Part shown: in pieces, positions 37,079 through 46,528 of the stretch | Layout: every line of letters begins with the position of its first letter | Numbering within the stretch: position 1 is the stretch's first letter | Assembly (NCBI GenBank): GCA_001775395.1 | Contig: MEWP01000069.1 | Location: 16,114 to 80,113, forward strand | Direction: 5' to 3' | DNA: 64,000 nt | Source: a candidate division Zixibacteria bacterium RBG_16_53_22 | GTDB taxonomy: Bacteria > Zixibacteria > MSB-5A5 > UBA10806 | Program-made: the position numbers and the translations under genes | The notes under the pieces: model-generated | Database searches by the model: none | Seen by the model: the letters and a program-made list of their open reading frames with translations, nothing else | What the model was told of the DNA's origin: nothing

Positions 37079-38269
37079 TTGACAACTATAAAAACCGATA
37101 TGGGAAACGTCACTTACGCCCAGACGATGTCAAGTATCGAAAAGCTCTTCGACGACCTGACATTTGAATATGTCAGACAATGGAAAGCGAAGTTGCCATC
37201 GCGCCGCGTGATAGGATTTCTGCCAATATACATTCCCCGTGAAATTATTCATGCCTGCGGCATGCTGCCTGTGGGCATTTTTGGCGCCGGTGATCGCATT
37301 CCCGTTGTCCGCGGCGATGCCTATTTTCAGTCGTATATCTGTCATCTTCCCAGAACGGTCGTGGAATTGGCGTTATGTGGCAATTTCGGCGATTTTGATG
37401 GCTTCCTGTTTCCCTCGATCTGCGATGTTATTCGTAACTTATCCGGAATATTCAAGCTGCAGTTCGAAAATAAACTCGTTCGCTATCTCGATTTTCCGCA
37501 AAATTTCGATCCCGAAGTCGGAGGCGTCTTTTATCGCCGCATTTTGGACGATCTGATCAATGACCTATCCTCCCTCAATGGCCTTCGTCCAACTAATAAC
37601 AACCTCAATGAATCGATCGCCGTTTACAACCGAAGCCGCCGGCTTTTGCTGGACCTGGTTCGGCTCCGCACCGAAAAACCTCACCTTTTAAGCGCTGTCG
37701 ATTTCTACAAGCTGCGGCGGGCCGGAAACACTCTGTCGGTTGAGGATTTCAATGCCCTGCTTGAGAATCTGCTTCAATTCGTGGGGCAAATTGACGCGGA
37801 GCCCGAAGACAAAATCCGGGTAGTCGTAACGGGAGCCTTCTGCGAACAACCGCCTTTGGGGCTTATCAAGACCATCGAGAATGCCGGTTGTTACATTGTG
37901 GATGACGATTTTCAACTTGGGCTGACCTGGTTTTCCCAGGATATCCCCGATTATTCTGACGATCCGCTGGGCGCCCTTGTGGAAAGCCTCCTGGAACTTA
38001 AGACTTTCTCGTCGGCCGTGTTCGAGGATGATCGAATGCGGGGCGAGCTTTTGGCGGAACGAGTATTGGAGCGCAAGGCCGATGGAGTCATATTCTGCGC
38101 TCCCAGTTTCTGCGATCCCGCTCTCCTTGACAGGCCGATCCTGGAACGGGCCATGAACAAACATCATATCAAGCATACAAGTCTCCAATACCATGAAAAT
38201 CTCGGCCAGTTCCATGTGATCAAAGAACAAGCCGGGGCATTTTCCGACATGATTAAGCTCTGGGAGTGA
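37079..38269 (+). CDS. bcrC: class I benzoyl-CoA reductase subunit C
   Basis: PIYIPREIIHA, GDAYFQSYICHLPR, FPSICDVIRNLSG, FCEQPPL, APSFCDPALL, EQAGAFSDMIKLW. The start may be 37100 or 37127. Confidence 0.92.
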   Translation: MTTIKTDMGNVTYAQTMSSIEKLFDDLTFEYVRQWKAKLPSRRVIGFLPIYIPREIIHACGMLPVGIFGAGDRIPVVRGDAYFQSYICHLPRTVVELALCGNFGDFDGFLFPSICDVIRNLSGIFKLQFENKLVRYLDFPQNFDPEVGGVFYRRILDDLINDLSSLNGLRPTNNNLNESIAVYNRSRRLLLDLVRLRTEKPHLLSAVDFYKLRRAGNTLSVEDFNALLENLLQFVGQIDAEPEDKIRVVVTGAFCEQPPLGLIKTIENAGCYIVDDDFQLGLTWFSQDIPDYSDDPLGALVESLLELKTFSSAVFEDDRMRGELLAERVLERKADGVIFCAPSFCDPALLDRPILERAMNKHHIKHTSLQYHENLGQFHVIKEQAGAFSDMIKLWE

Positions 38270-39576
38270 ACGTGGAAGTGCAAAAAGAAAGCAGCATGAT
38301 AAAACAAAAGCAGATGCTTGCCGAGCATTTCATGGAACTATCCCAGGTGCGCGAAACCGGGCGCAAAGTGGTCTATACCTTTGTTCCAGGCAATCTGGCC
38401 GAATTCGTTTCAACCTTCGACATGCTTCCAGTCTATCCTGAAATTAACGCCCTGCAATCGGGGATGCGAAAAAAATCGGAGGAATATATCCGTGAGGCCG
38501 AAGATATCGGCTATTCCGAAGATGTTTGCTCCTATGTCAAGTGCGATATCGGCATGATGCTCCAGGGCAACATCGGCCCTACCGGCCAGCGGCTTCCCGC
38601 GCCTGACATCCTGCTGTTGAGTTACACAGGCTGTTTTGTTTTCATGAAGTGGTTTGAGAACCTAAGGCATCTTTATCCCAACACCGAGATCGCCATGCTC
38701 CACGTCCCCTATCAGGAGGCCGGACGGATTGAACCAGCGGCGGTCAAATATGTCAAGGACCAGCTTATTAAAAGTGTCATACCGAAATTTGAGAAGGTCA
38801 GCGGTCAAAAGTTTGATATTGACAAGCTTGGCCGGAAATTGGAGCTGGCGGCCCAGGCCGAAAATCTTCTGGTAGATATTTTTGATTCCGCCAGGCATCG
38901 ACCCTCGCCGATTGACGCCTATTTTGGCGGGGTCTACTACATCGGCCCGATTTTTACCGCCTTCCGCGGTAATGAAGATTGCATCGATTATTACCGGGAA
39001 TTGAAAGCGGAAGTTGATTACCGCGTTGCCAAAAAACTTGGCCCCATCACGCCCGAAGGGCATTTGGAAAACGAGCGCTTCCGGCTGGTGGTCGAGGGGC
39101 CTCCCAATTGGACGCATTTCCGGGATTTTTGGAAAATGTTCTACGACAGAGGGGCAGTGTTTGTCGGCTCAAGTTACACGCGAGTGGGTGGCGTCTACGA
39201 TGACGGTTTCAGGCATTCGTCAAAGGATCCCCTGGCAAGCCTGGCTGAGTATTGCATGGGCTGTTATACTAATCGCAGCCTGCCACAAAGGATCAGCCTC
39301 TTGGAGAGATTCATTAAAAACAATCACGCTGATGGGCTGTTAGTCAACTCGATTAAAAGCTGCAATTCTTTCTCGGCTGGCCAACTTGTAATGATGCGTG
39401 ACCTTGAGGCAAGGCTCGGCATTCCGGTCGGATTCATCGAAACTGATCTTGTCGACCCCCGATATTATTCGTTTTCGAACATCAAAAATCGCCTCGATTC
39501 ATTTTTCCAGATGCTCGAGCAGCGGCAATCGATATGGATTGGCGATGACTCATTATCGGATGATGTCCTGGCATGA
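38266..39576 (+). CDS. bcrB: class I benzoyl-CoA reductase subunit B
   Basis: TFVPGNL, EDVCSYVKCDIG, LLLSYTGC, EGPPNWT, SIKSCNSFSAGQ, ETDLVDPRY. Confidence 0.92.
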   Translation: MNVEVQKESSMIKQKQMLAEHFMELSQVRETGRKVVYTFVPGNLAEFVSTFDMLPVYPEINALQSGMRKKSEEYIREAEDIGYSEDVCSYVKCDIGMMLQGNIGPTGQRLPAPDILLLSYTGCFVFMKWFENLRHLYPNTEIAMLHVPYQEAGRIEPAAVKYVKDQLIKSVIPKFEKVSGQKFDIDKLGRKLELAAQAENLLVDIFDSARHRPSPIDAYFGGVYYIGPIFTAFRGNEDCIDYYRELKAEVDYRVAKKLGPITPEGHLENERFRLVVEGPPNWTHFRDFWKMFYDRGAVFVGSSYTRVGGVYDDGFRHSSKDPLASLAEYCMGCYTNRSLPQRISLLERFIKNNHADGLLVNSIKSCNSFSAGQLVMMRDLEARLGIPVGFIETDLVDPRYYSFSNIKNRLDSFFQMLEQRQSIWIGDDSLSDDVLA

Positions 39577-39625
39577 GAGGTAAGCATATGATATCGGCGA
39601 AAATTAGATCGCAAGAGGGCCTGCG

Positions 39626-40918
39626 ATGAAAGTATTCTTAGGCATTGACTTGGGCTCAACGACATCGAAAGCGGTGCTGGTGGATGCCACCGGAAAGATC
39701 ATTGGCCGGGGCATCACCAATACCCGTTCCAACTATGCGGCGGCTGCCAAAATTGCACAGGTCGAGGCCGAATTCAATTCGCGTTTTACTCTTCTGGGTC
39801 GAAAGCTAAAAGAGAACGCCTCCAACGGCTTTCAATGGGATACCCTGATTTCCGTTCTTGAAAACAGATTCTACTACCTGCAATTTCTGGCACGCTACGA
39901 CCAGCTCTTGGAAGCGATGACCCGCGAGGCCGAAAATATTTCGCGGCCGGATATTCGGGAGAAGATAATTGAGATTCTTCCTGCGGTGGCCGATCAGGTC
40001 CGCGAACGTGTGCGTGGTCTCTTTTTTGACGGCAGCGTATCTACCACCTCGCAGTTCTTCCGCGATCTGTTCAGCACTGCCTATGCGAGGGTTATCGAAA
40101 GCTTCGAGGCCGGTTTATTCGATCAACTTCTGGCCCTCTATGACCGCTGCATTACGCCTATTGAGAATCATCAGGCCGACTGCGAGTTTGGCACGCTCGT
40201 GGGGCAGGCATTAGATGAATTGCCCGAAGAATATAAGAATCAGCGAGAAAAAATCGGATCCTGCCTTGGCGAAATATCGCAAATCGATCTAAATCCGGCC
40301 GATCATGTGGGCACCGGCTACGGCCGCCAGCTTTTGCCTTTTGAAGAGAAGCATATCAAGTCGGAGATTCTCTGTCATGCCATGGGGGCCCACGATATTT
40401 TCCCCGGGACGCGCACGGTTTTGGATATTGGCGGCCAGGATACAAAGGCGATTCAAGTCGACCAATATGGCCTTGTGACCAGTTTCCAGATGAATGACCG
40501 CTGCGCGGCCGGCTGCGGCCGCTATCTCGGATATATAGCGGACGAGATGAGTCTAAGCGTCGGCGAGTTGGGAACGCTGGCGGCCCAAGCCAATCATGCG
40601 ACTAACATTTGCAGCACCTGCACGGTGTTTGCGGGAGCGGAACTTCGCGAATACCTGAATCTGGGCGAACGCAAGGAAAACATATTGGCGGGGCTGCATC
40701 GGGCGATTGTTCAGAGGGCTTTCGCGCTTATCGCCCGTTCCGGAGGGGTTCGCAATGAGTTCACCTTCACTGGTGGAGTAGCGCGCAACCCGGCGATAGT
40801 AAAATATGTCGGCCGTATGGTAAAAGAAAATTACGGTGAAATAACTATCAACTGTCACCCTGATTCGATATTCATGGGCGCTTTAGGAGCCGCTCTGTTC
40901 GCAACCAGGAGAATATGA
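39626..40918 (+). CDS. bcrA: class I benzoyl-CoA reductase subunit A (ATP-dependent activation module)
   Basis: GIDLGSTT, GRGITNTRSNY, long helical insert, GTGYGR, DIGGQDTK, MNDRCAAGCG, STCTVF. Confidence 0.92.
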   Translation: MKVFLGIDLGSTTSKAVLVDATGKIIGRGITNTRSNYAAAAKIAQVEAEFNSRFTLLGRKLKENASNGFQWDTLISVLENRFYYLQFLARYDQLLEAMTREAENISRPDIREKIIEILPAVADQVRERVRGLFFDGSVSTTSQFFRDLFSTAYARVIESFEAGLFDQLLALYDRCITPIENHQADCEFGTLVGQALDELPEEYKNQREKIGSCLGEISQIDLNPADHVGTGYGRQLLPFEEKHIKSEILCHAMGAHDIFPGTRTVLDIGGQDTKAIQVDQYGLVTSFQMNDRCAAGCGRYLGYIADEMSLSVGELGTLAAQANHATNICSTCTVFAGAELREYLNLGERKENILAGLHRAIVQRAFALIARSGGVRNEFTFTGGVARNPAIVKYVGRMVKENYGEITINCHPDSIFMGALGAALFATRRI

Positions 40919-41745
40919 ATTCGCCAAATCTGACACTTGGAATCGATGTGGGCAGCAGCGCCGTTAAGATGGCGCTCGTCGACTATGGAGCCTTGCCTGA
41001 AGTCATCGAAGTGATCAATGAAAGGATTCGCAAACGGAATCCCGCCCATGTCATCGCAACCGGGCTTCAGCGATTGCTGGAGTGTCATGGGCTTGTTTAT
41101 GAGGATTTGCTTTATGTGGCATCAACGGGCGAAGGCGAGCTTGTCTCAAGAAAGCGCGGTCATTTCTACAGCATGACTACCCATGCCAAAGGAGCCTATC
41201 ATTATCATCCCGAGGCGCGCACGGTGGTCGATATGGGAGCCTTATTTTGTCGCGTAATCTCTCTTAACGGCTCCGCTCAGGTGCACAGCTATGCCATGAC
41301 CGGTCAATGCGCCTCAGGATCCGGTCAGTTCCTCGAAAATATCACTCGTTATTTGGGTGTTACAATCGATGAGGTCGGGCCGCTTTCGCTTCGCTCGATG
41401 AATCCGGCGCGGACCAGTGGCATCTGTGCAGTGTTGGCCGAAACAGATGTAATTAATATGGTCTCACAGGGTATTCCCACACCCGACATCATCAAAGGAA
41501 TTCATCTTTCGATCTCGGGCAGGATAATTCAGCTCTTAAGCCGCTTCAAAGCCAAATCACCCGTAGTGCTTACAGGCGGCATGGCGCAGGATCCCGGACT
41601 CTTGGCCGCCTTGAAAGAACAGGCTCAGGACCGTAACTTGAAATTAGAAATATACCCCGCGAAAGATTGTGTGGCCGCCGGAGCTATCGGCGCCGCCCTC
41701 TGGGGTGGTTTCAGGCACTTCAAGCTTCTGCAGGCCAAATCATGA
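40915..41745 (+). CDS. bcrD: class I benzoyl-CoA reductase subunit D
   Basis: STGEGE, GHFYSMTTHA, QCASGSGQFLENI, ICAVLAETDVINMVS. Confidence 0.92.
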   Translation: MNSPNLTLGIDVGSSAVKMALVDYGALPEVIEVINERIRKRNPAHVIATGLQRLLECHGLVYEDLLYVASTGEGELVSRKRGHFYSMTTHAKGAYHYHPEARTVVDMGALFCRVISLNGSAQVHSYAMTGQCASGSGQFLENITRYLGVTIDEVGPLSLRSMNPARTSGICAVLAETDVINMVSQGIPTPDIIKGIHLSISGRIIQLLSRFKAKSPVVLTGGMAQDPGLLAALKEQAQDRNLKLEIYPAKDCVAAGAIGAALWGGFRHFKLLQAKS

Positions 41746-43466
41746 GCGGGCCCAGAATATGGCAGGCCGATAAGCCCTTGCCGGAATACCCGCAAAACCT
41801 GGCGTTGATGCTAAATCGGAACGTTGAGCGCCTTGGAGACAGGCCGCTCTATCAGGAGGCACTTAACGGCCCGTACACGACATTGAGTTGGCGGGATTTT
41901 CAGCGGGATATCGTTTCCATTCAGGATTCGCTGACCGAGCATGGCTTAAAGCCCGGTGACAGGGTGGCAATCCTTTCGCCTAATCGGAAGGAGATGCTGG
42001 AATTTGAACTTGCAGTGATGTCGATGGGAGCTGTAGCGGTCCCCATTTTTGCTGGATACCCGTCCCACCAAGCAGAGATGTTGATTGAATTCTGTGACCC
42101 GCTGATGATTGCGGTTGCCGACACCGAACAATACCGAAAGTTGGCATTTCCCCATAAATATCGACTTATTGTCCACTTCGATAAGCTTGAATGCCAATTG
42201 CACCACAATACAATTTTGCTCTCGAAGCTTATATCGAGCGCCTCTTCCGGAAAAATTCTGGGGGAGGAAGTGGCCAGGGACACAACCTGTCTCATGATGT
42301 ATACCTCCGGAACAATGGGGAAACCCAAATGCGTACAATTGACTCATGATAATATCATTTCTCAGCAAGCAGCAATGCAGATGCTGTGGCAAATTGATAA
42401 CAATGACCGGCTGCTTTCCTATTTACCATGGCATCACAGTTTCGGAGGCATCTTTGAAAAATATGCGGCCTTGTACAACGGCGCCCTCCTATCGCTTGAG
42501 CATGGCTATGGCAAAAATATCGAGGTGCTTCTTGAAAACTGGATCCGGGTCAAGCCAACCACATTTTTCAGTGTCCCCAGAGTTTACCAGCAGCTTACTA
42601 CCCAGGTTCTCCGGAATCCATCCCTGGAGCGGGAGATATTTCACGACCAATTGCGCTTCATTTTCACGGCGGCGGCGCCTCTTCCCAAGAGCATTTCAGA
42701 TCACTTTCAAAATCGCGGCATTCCGGTTTATGAGGGCTGGGGTCTCACTGAAACATCGCCCTGCTGCACGATCTCAGATCCTTCTATTCCGCGCGAGCCG
42801 GGGGTAGTTGGAAAACCTATACCGGGCGTTATCCTGAAGCTGGCGGAGGATGGCGAGATTTTCGTAAAAGGGCCTAATGTCATGAGGGGGTATTTTCGAA
42901 ATCCCGAGGCAACCGAAATCGCTATCACCAAGGATCACTGGTTTGCCACAGGCGATGTTGGCGATTTTGTCGATGCCGGACTGCGTTTGATATCCCGTAA
43001 GGACCGGATTTTCAAATTGAGCAACGCCGAGAAGGTGGTGCCGACCGAGATAGAAAACCTCATATTGGAAAACTGCTCTTTTCTGTCGCACGCTTATGTG
43101 ACGGGAAGCGGCAGGGATTTTCCCGTTGCTCTCCTTTTTCCCAATAAGGCAATGCTTGCCGGAAAACCGGATGAATCTCGAATAAAATCAGGCTGCCACT
43201 GTCCGGAAAATATGCCCGATTTGGCGCATTGCCTGGAACACTGCCTGAAAAAGCTAAGTGAAAATATCGATGCCAGATATATGCGGCCTCTGGCGGCGAT
43301 GTTGATCGACTATGAGCTTTCAATTGAAAAAGAGGAATTGACGCCGTCGATGAAACTGGCTCCAAATACCATCGCCAGTGTTTTTAAAGCCAAAATTGAA
43401 TTGCTCTATAACGGAAACGGCCAAGTCAACGACTCTAAAGACGTCTATATCCTGATTTGGGAGTGA
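41742..43466 (+). CDS. AMP-forming acyl-CoA ligase (long-chain FACL-like)
   Basis: MYTSGTMGKPK, YLPWHHSFG, EGWGLTETSP, ATGDVG, SRKDRIFK. Confidence 0.88.
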   Translation: MSGPRIWQADKPLPEYPQNLALMLNRNVERLGDRPLYQEALNGPYTTLSWRDFQRDIVSIQDSLTEHGLKPGDRVAILSPNRKEMLEFELAVMSMGAVAVPIFAGYPSHQAEMLIEFCDPLMIAVADTEQYRKLAFPHKYRLIVHFDKLECQLHHNTILLSKLISSASSGKILGEEVARDTTCLMMYTSGTMGKPKCVQLTHDNIISQQAAMQMLWQIDNNDRLLSYLPWHHSFGGIFEKYAALYNGALLSLEHGYGKNIEVLLENWIRVKPTTFFSVPRVYQQLTTQVLRNPSLEREIFHDQLRFIFTAAAPLPKSISDHFQNRGIPVYEGWGLTETSPCCTISDPSIPREPGVVGKPIPGVILKLAEDGEIFVKGPNVMRGYFRNPEATEIAITKDHWFATGDVGDFVDAGLRLISRKDRIFKLSNAEKVVPTEIENLILENCSFLSHAYVTGSGRDFPVALLFPNKAMLAGKPDESRIKSGCHCPENMPDLAHCLEHCLKKLSENIDARYMRPLAAMLIDYELSIEKEELTPSMKLAPNTIASVFKAKIELLYNGNGQVNDSKDVYILIWE

Positions 43467-44671
43467 TGATGAGCCGCCTACGTTCACAGGATAAACTTAA
43501 ATCGATCCTTAAGGATTATTTTGTCTGCCTCTCATCTCCTTTGGCCTGGTGTACAAGTGTCGGTCCGGCGGAAATACTGCGGGCGCTTGGATTTAACGTG
43601 TATTTTCCGGAAAATCATGGGGCGCTTTTGGGAGCCTCGCGCACGGCAGGAAAGTATATACCCAGAGCGCATCAAGCGGGCTATGATGACGAAATCTGTT
43701 CGTATTTGACAGCTGACATCGGCGCCTACCTCATGGGTGAAACCCCGCTCTCCCAGGCCTACGGCTTGCCCTCGATACCCCGTCCCGATCTCATCGTTTT
43801 CAATACCAATCAATGCCGCGAGGTGGCGGAGTGGTTTGGATTTTTCGGACGGGAATTTGGCTGCCCGGTGGTCGGCATTATGCCTCCCAGACACATAACT
43901 GAAGTATCTCAAGCCGACATCGACAACGTTGTCGGGCAGTTTGAAAAGGCAATAAAGATCGGCGGCGAGATTATGGGTAGGCCCTTGGATTACGGCCGGC
44001 TAAAGGAAACTGTCGCCCTAAGCAAGCAGGGCGCGGTCCTCTGGAGGGAGGTCCTGGAAACGGCGCGAAAGGCGCCCTCTCCCCTAACTTTCTGGGATGG
44101 GACGATCCTCATGGCTCCCATCGTCATGCTACGCGGGACACAGGTTTGTGTTGATTTCTACCAGGAGATGCTTGATGAGCTGCGGCAGCTCATGAATGCC
44201 AAACAGGCCGCCGTACCCGATGAGCAGGTCCGGCTGTTTTGGGAAGGCATGCCCATCTGGGGACGTCTTCGCGCCCTATCTGATCTTTTTGCCGAAAACC
44301 ATGCTGCTGTTGTGGCCTCAACCTACTGCAACAGTTGGGTCTTCGATTGCTTCAACCCGGAAGACCCTTTGAGATCGATGGCCGAGGCCTATACCAGGGT
44401 TTTCATCAATCGCAGCGAGGATGCCAAGCTCGGCATATTACGCGAATTACTTGATAACTATCATATCGATGGCATAGTTTTCCATGACTCAAAAACATGC
44501 TTTAATAACACCAATAGCCGATTTAACCTTCCGGGGAGATTGCAGAAAGCAACAGGTGTGCCGTCGCTGACGATCGATGGCGACTTGAATGATCTTCGCT
44601 TTTTCTCAGAAGGGCAGGTTCGGACAAAAATTGAGACGTTCGTTGAATTACTGAAAACGCTAAAGCAGTAA
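43466..44671 (+). CDS. 2-hydroxyacyl-CoA dehydratase-family subunit (HgdA/FldB/BcrB superfamily)
   Basis: PENH, ICSY, NQC, EGMPIW and KTC Fe-S Cys set; TIDGDLND. ATG overlaps the ligase stop (TGATG). Confidence 0.85.
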   Translation: MMSRLRSQDKLKSILKDYFVCLSSPLAWCTSVGPAEILRALGFNVYFPENHGALLGASRTAGKYIPRAHQAGYDDEICSYLTADIGAYLMGETPLSQAYGLPSIPRPDLIVFNTNQCREVAEWFGFFGREFGCPVVGIMPPRHITEVSQADIDNVVGQFEKAIKIGGEIMGRPLDYGRLKETVALSKQGAVLWREVLETARKAPSPLTFWDGTILMAPIVMLRGTQVCVDFYQEMLDELRQLMNAKQAAVPDEQVRLFWEGMPIWGRLRALSDLFAENHAAVVASTYCNSWVFDCFNPEDPLRSMAEAYTRVFINRSEDAKLGILRELLDNYHIDGIVFHDSKTCFNNTNSRFNLPGRLQKATGVPSLTIDGDLNDLRFFSEGQVRTKIETFVELLKTLKQ

Positions 44672-44697
44672 GAAAATGCGAAGCGGGAGCAGAGTAA

Positions 44698-45672
44698 ATG
44701 AACCAGAATAACAACAACGGTAATTTGCGGGTGGGGATTATCGGTACCGGCCCCGTGGGAACGATCCTTACCGCCCACCTCAAGGAAGCCGGTGCCCTGG
44801 TGGTGCCCTGTGATGTATTTGCCCATAAAATCAATGCCATCAAGAAGAAAGGCATTCGGCTCACTCACACAATCGAGAAGAAGGTGGCTATCCATGAAGC
44901 CTGTTATTCCGTTCAAGAGCTTGGTATGTATGATCTAGACCTGGTCATTATCGCGGTAAAGACCCCTGATCTCAAGAAGGTAATAGGCCAGATTAAGGAT
45001 ATTGATAATGGCAGGCTGTATGTGATGTGCGCCCAGAACGGGATCGATAATGAAATTGAAATCGGTCGCGAATTTGGGGATCATCGCAGCCTTCGCATGG
45101 TGATAAATTTCGCTGGCAATGCGGCTGACGATCATACCATTCATGTGAGCTTTTTCAACCCGCCAAATTATGTGGCGGCTCTCGCCGACGGCGGCAATGA
45201 AATGGCGCGGCGCTTTGCAGATATGCTCAATTCGGTGGGTCTTGAAACCGAGATTCCCCTCGATATCCAAGACCATGTCTGGGCCAAGGCGATCTTAAAT
45301 GCCGCCTTGAGCGCCGTCTGCGCCATCACACGCCAGACGATGAAGGAGGTTATGGACTTCCCTGCCACCTTCGAACTGGTCGAGGGACTCATTGATGAAT
45401 CTGTGCGCGTGGCCGAGAAAGAAAGGATTGACCTTGGCAGCAAGTTCACGCGATTCAGCATTCGTTATTTGAAGAATGCCGGCCACCACAGGCCGTCGAT
45501 GCTTGTCGATCTGGAAAATGGGTATCCAACGGAGGTCGATCAGCTCAATGGCCGGATAGTGCAATACGGCAGGAAACATTGCCTTCCCACCCCCTTAAAT
45601 CAATCGGTCACAGCCTTGGTTCATTTGCTCGAACATGCCGCCAAGAAAAATTGCGAGAGCGAAGCAAAATGA
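44698..45672 (+). CDS. PanE/ApbA-family 2-oxoacid reductase (ketopantoate reductase-like)
   Basis: GTGPVG, AVKT, AQNG, WAKAILN, PSMLVDL...TEVDQLNG. Confidence 0.85.
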   Translation: MNQNNNNGNLRVGIIGTGPVGTILTAHLKEAGALVVPCDVFAHKINAIKKKGIRLTHTIEKKVAIHEACYSVQELGMYDLDLVIIAVKTPDLKKVIGQIKDIDNGRLYVMCAQNGIDNEIEIGREFGDHRSLRMVINFAGNAADDHTIHVSFFNPPNYVAALADGGNEMARRFADMLNSVGLETEIPLDIQDHVWAKAILNAALSAVCAITRQTMKEVMDFPATFELVEGLIDESVRVAEKERIDLGSKFTRFSIRYLKNAGHHRPSMLVDLENGYPTEVDQLNGRIVQYGRKHCLPTPLNQSVTALVHLLEHAAKKNCESEAK

Positions 45673-46484
45673 ATGGGTCTTTCCTTGGCATAGATCTTGG
45701 CTCATCCTACACCAAATTCATCGTCATTGATGAAGGAGCAATAATTGTCGATGCCGAGGTTATCCCCACTCTGAGCAGGCGCCGCGAAGTTCTAGATAAA
45801 GCCATGTCCGGAATACTGAGTCGTTTTAACATCCAGTGCATCTGCGCTACGGGTTATGGCCGGCGAAATGTTCAGGCGGACCTGCATAAAACTGAATTGA
45901 TATGCGCCGCGGCCGGAGTCTCTGTAACTCACAAGATGCACAAGAGTATTCTGGATATCGGGGGCGAGGACATCAAGATAATCGAAAGCGATGCCAACGG
46001 AAGCGTAGTTGATTTCTATATGAACAACAAATGCTCGGCGGGGACCGGCACTTTTATCACAGAAATTGCCGATCGGGCCGAACTGGATATTGCCGAGATG
46101 AGCACGCTGGCAAGTAAATCAAAATCGGATCGCACCATCAACAGCTTTTGCACGGTATTCGCCAAAAGCGAAATTTTAGGCTGGAAATTCGGCGGAGTCC
46201 CTATTGAGGACATCGCACGAGGAATTTATCTGGCGGTTGTTGATCGGGTGCACAAGTTGCCATTAAAAAAGGGAATGCCATTGTTTTTATGCGGCGGCGT
46301 AATTGCGCATCATCCTTTCCTGGCTGGGCTTTTGGCGGAAAGGCTCCAGGCGGATATCAGGGTGGTAGAGCAGCCGCAGTACGCCGTGGCTCTGGGGGCG
46401 GCCCGGTTGGCTCAAGAGGAAATGATGTCAGCAAAGCCGGTGCGCGAATCACCCTGGATAACACGAAAATTGTCAAAGACATGA
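45669..46484 (+). CDS. ATP-dependent [4Fe-4S] activase (HgdC/FldI/HadI-like)
   Basis: GIDLGSS, ATGYGR, DIGGEDIK, MNNKCSAGTG, NSFCTVFA. Confidence 0.88.
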   Translation: MNGSFLGIDLGSSYTKFIVIDEGAIIVDAEVIPTLSRRREVLDKAMSGILSRFNIQCICATGYGRRNVQADLHKTELICAAAGVSVTHKMHKSILDIGGEDIKIIESDANGSVVDFYMNNKCSAGTGTFITEIADRAELDIAEMSTLASKSKSDRTINSFCTVFAKSEILGWKFGGVPIEDIARGIYLAVVDRVHKLPLKKGMPLFLCGGVIAHHPFLAGLLAERLQADIRVVEQPQYAVALGAARLAQEEMMSAKPVRESPWITRKLSKT

Positions 46485-46528
46485 ATTCTAAGGCAAAAGG
46501 AATTGATATTGTGGGGAGGAACAAGCAC

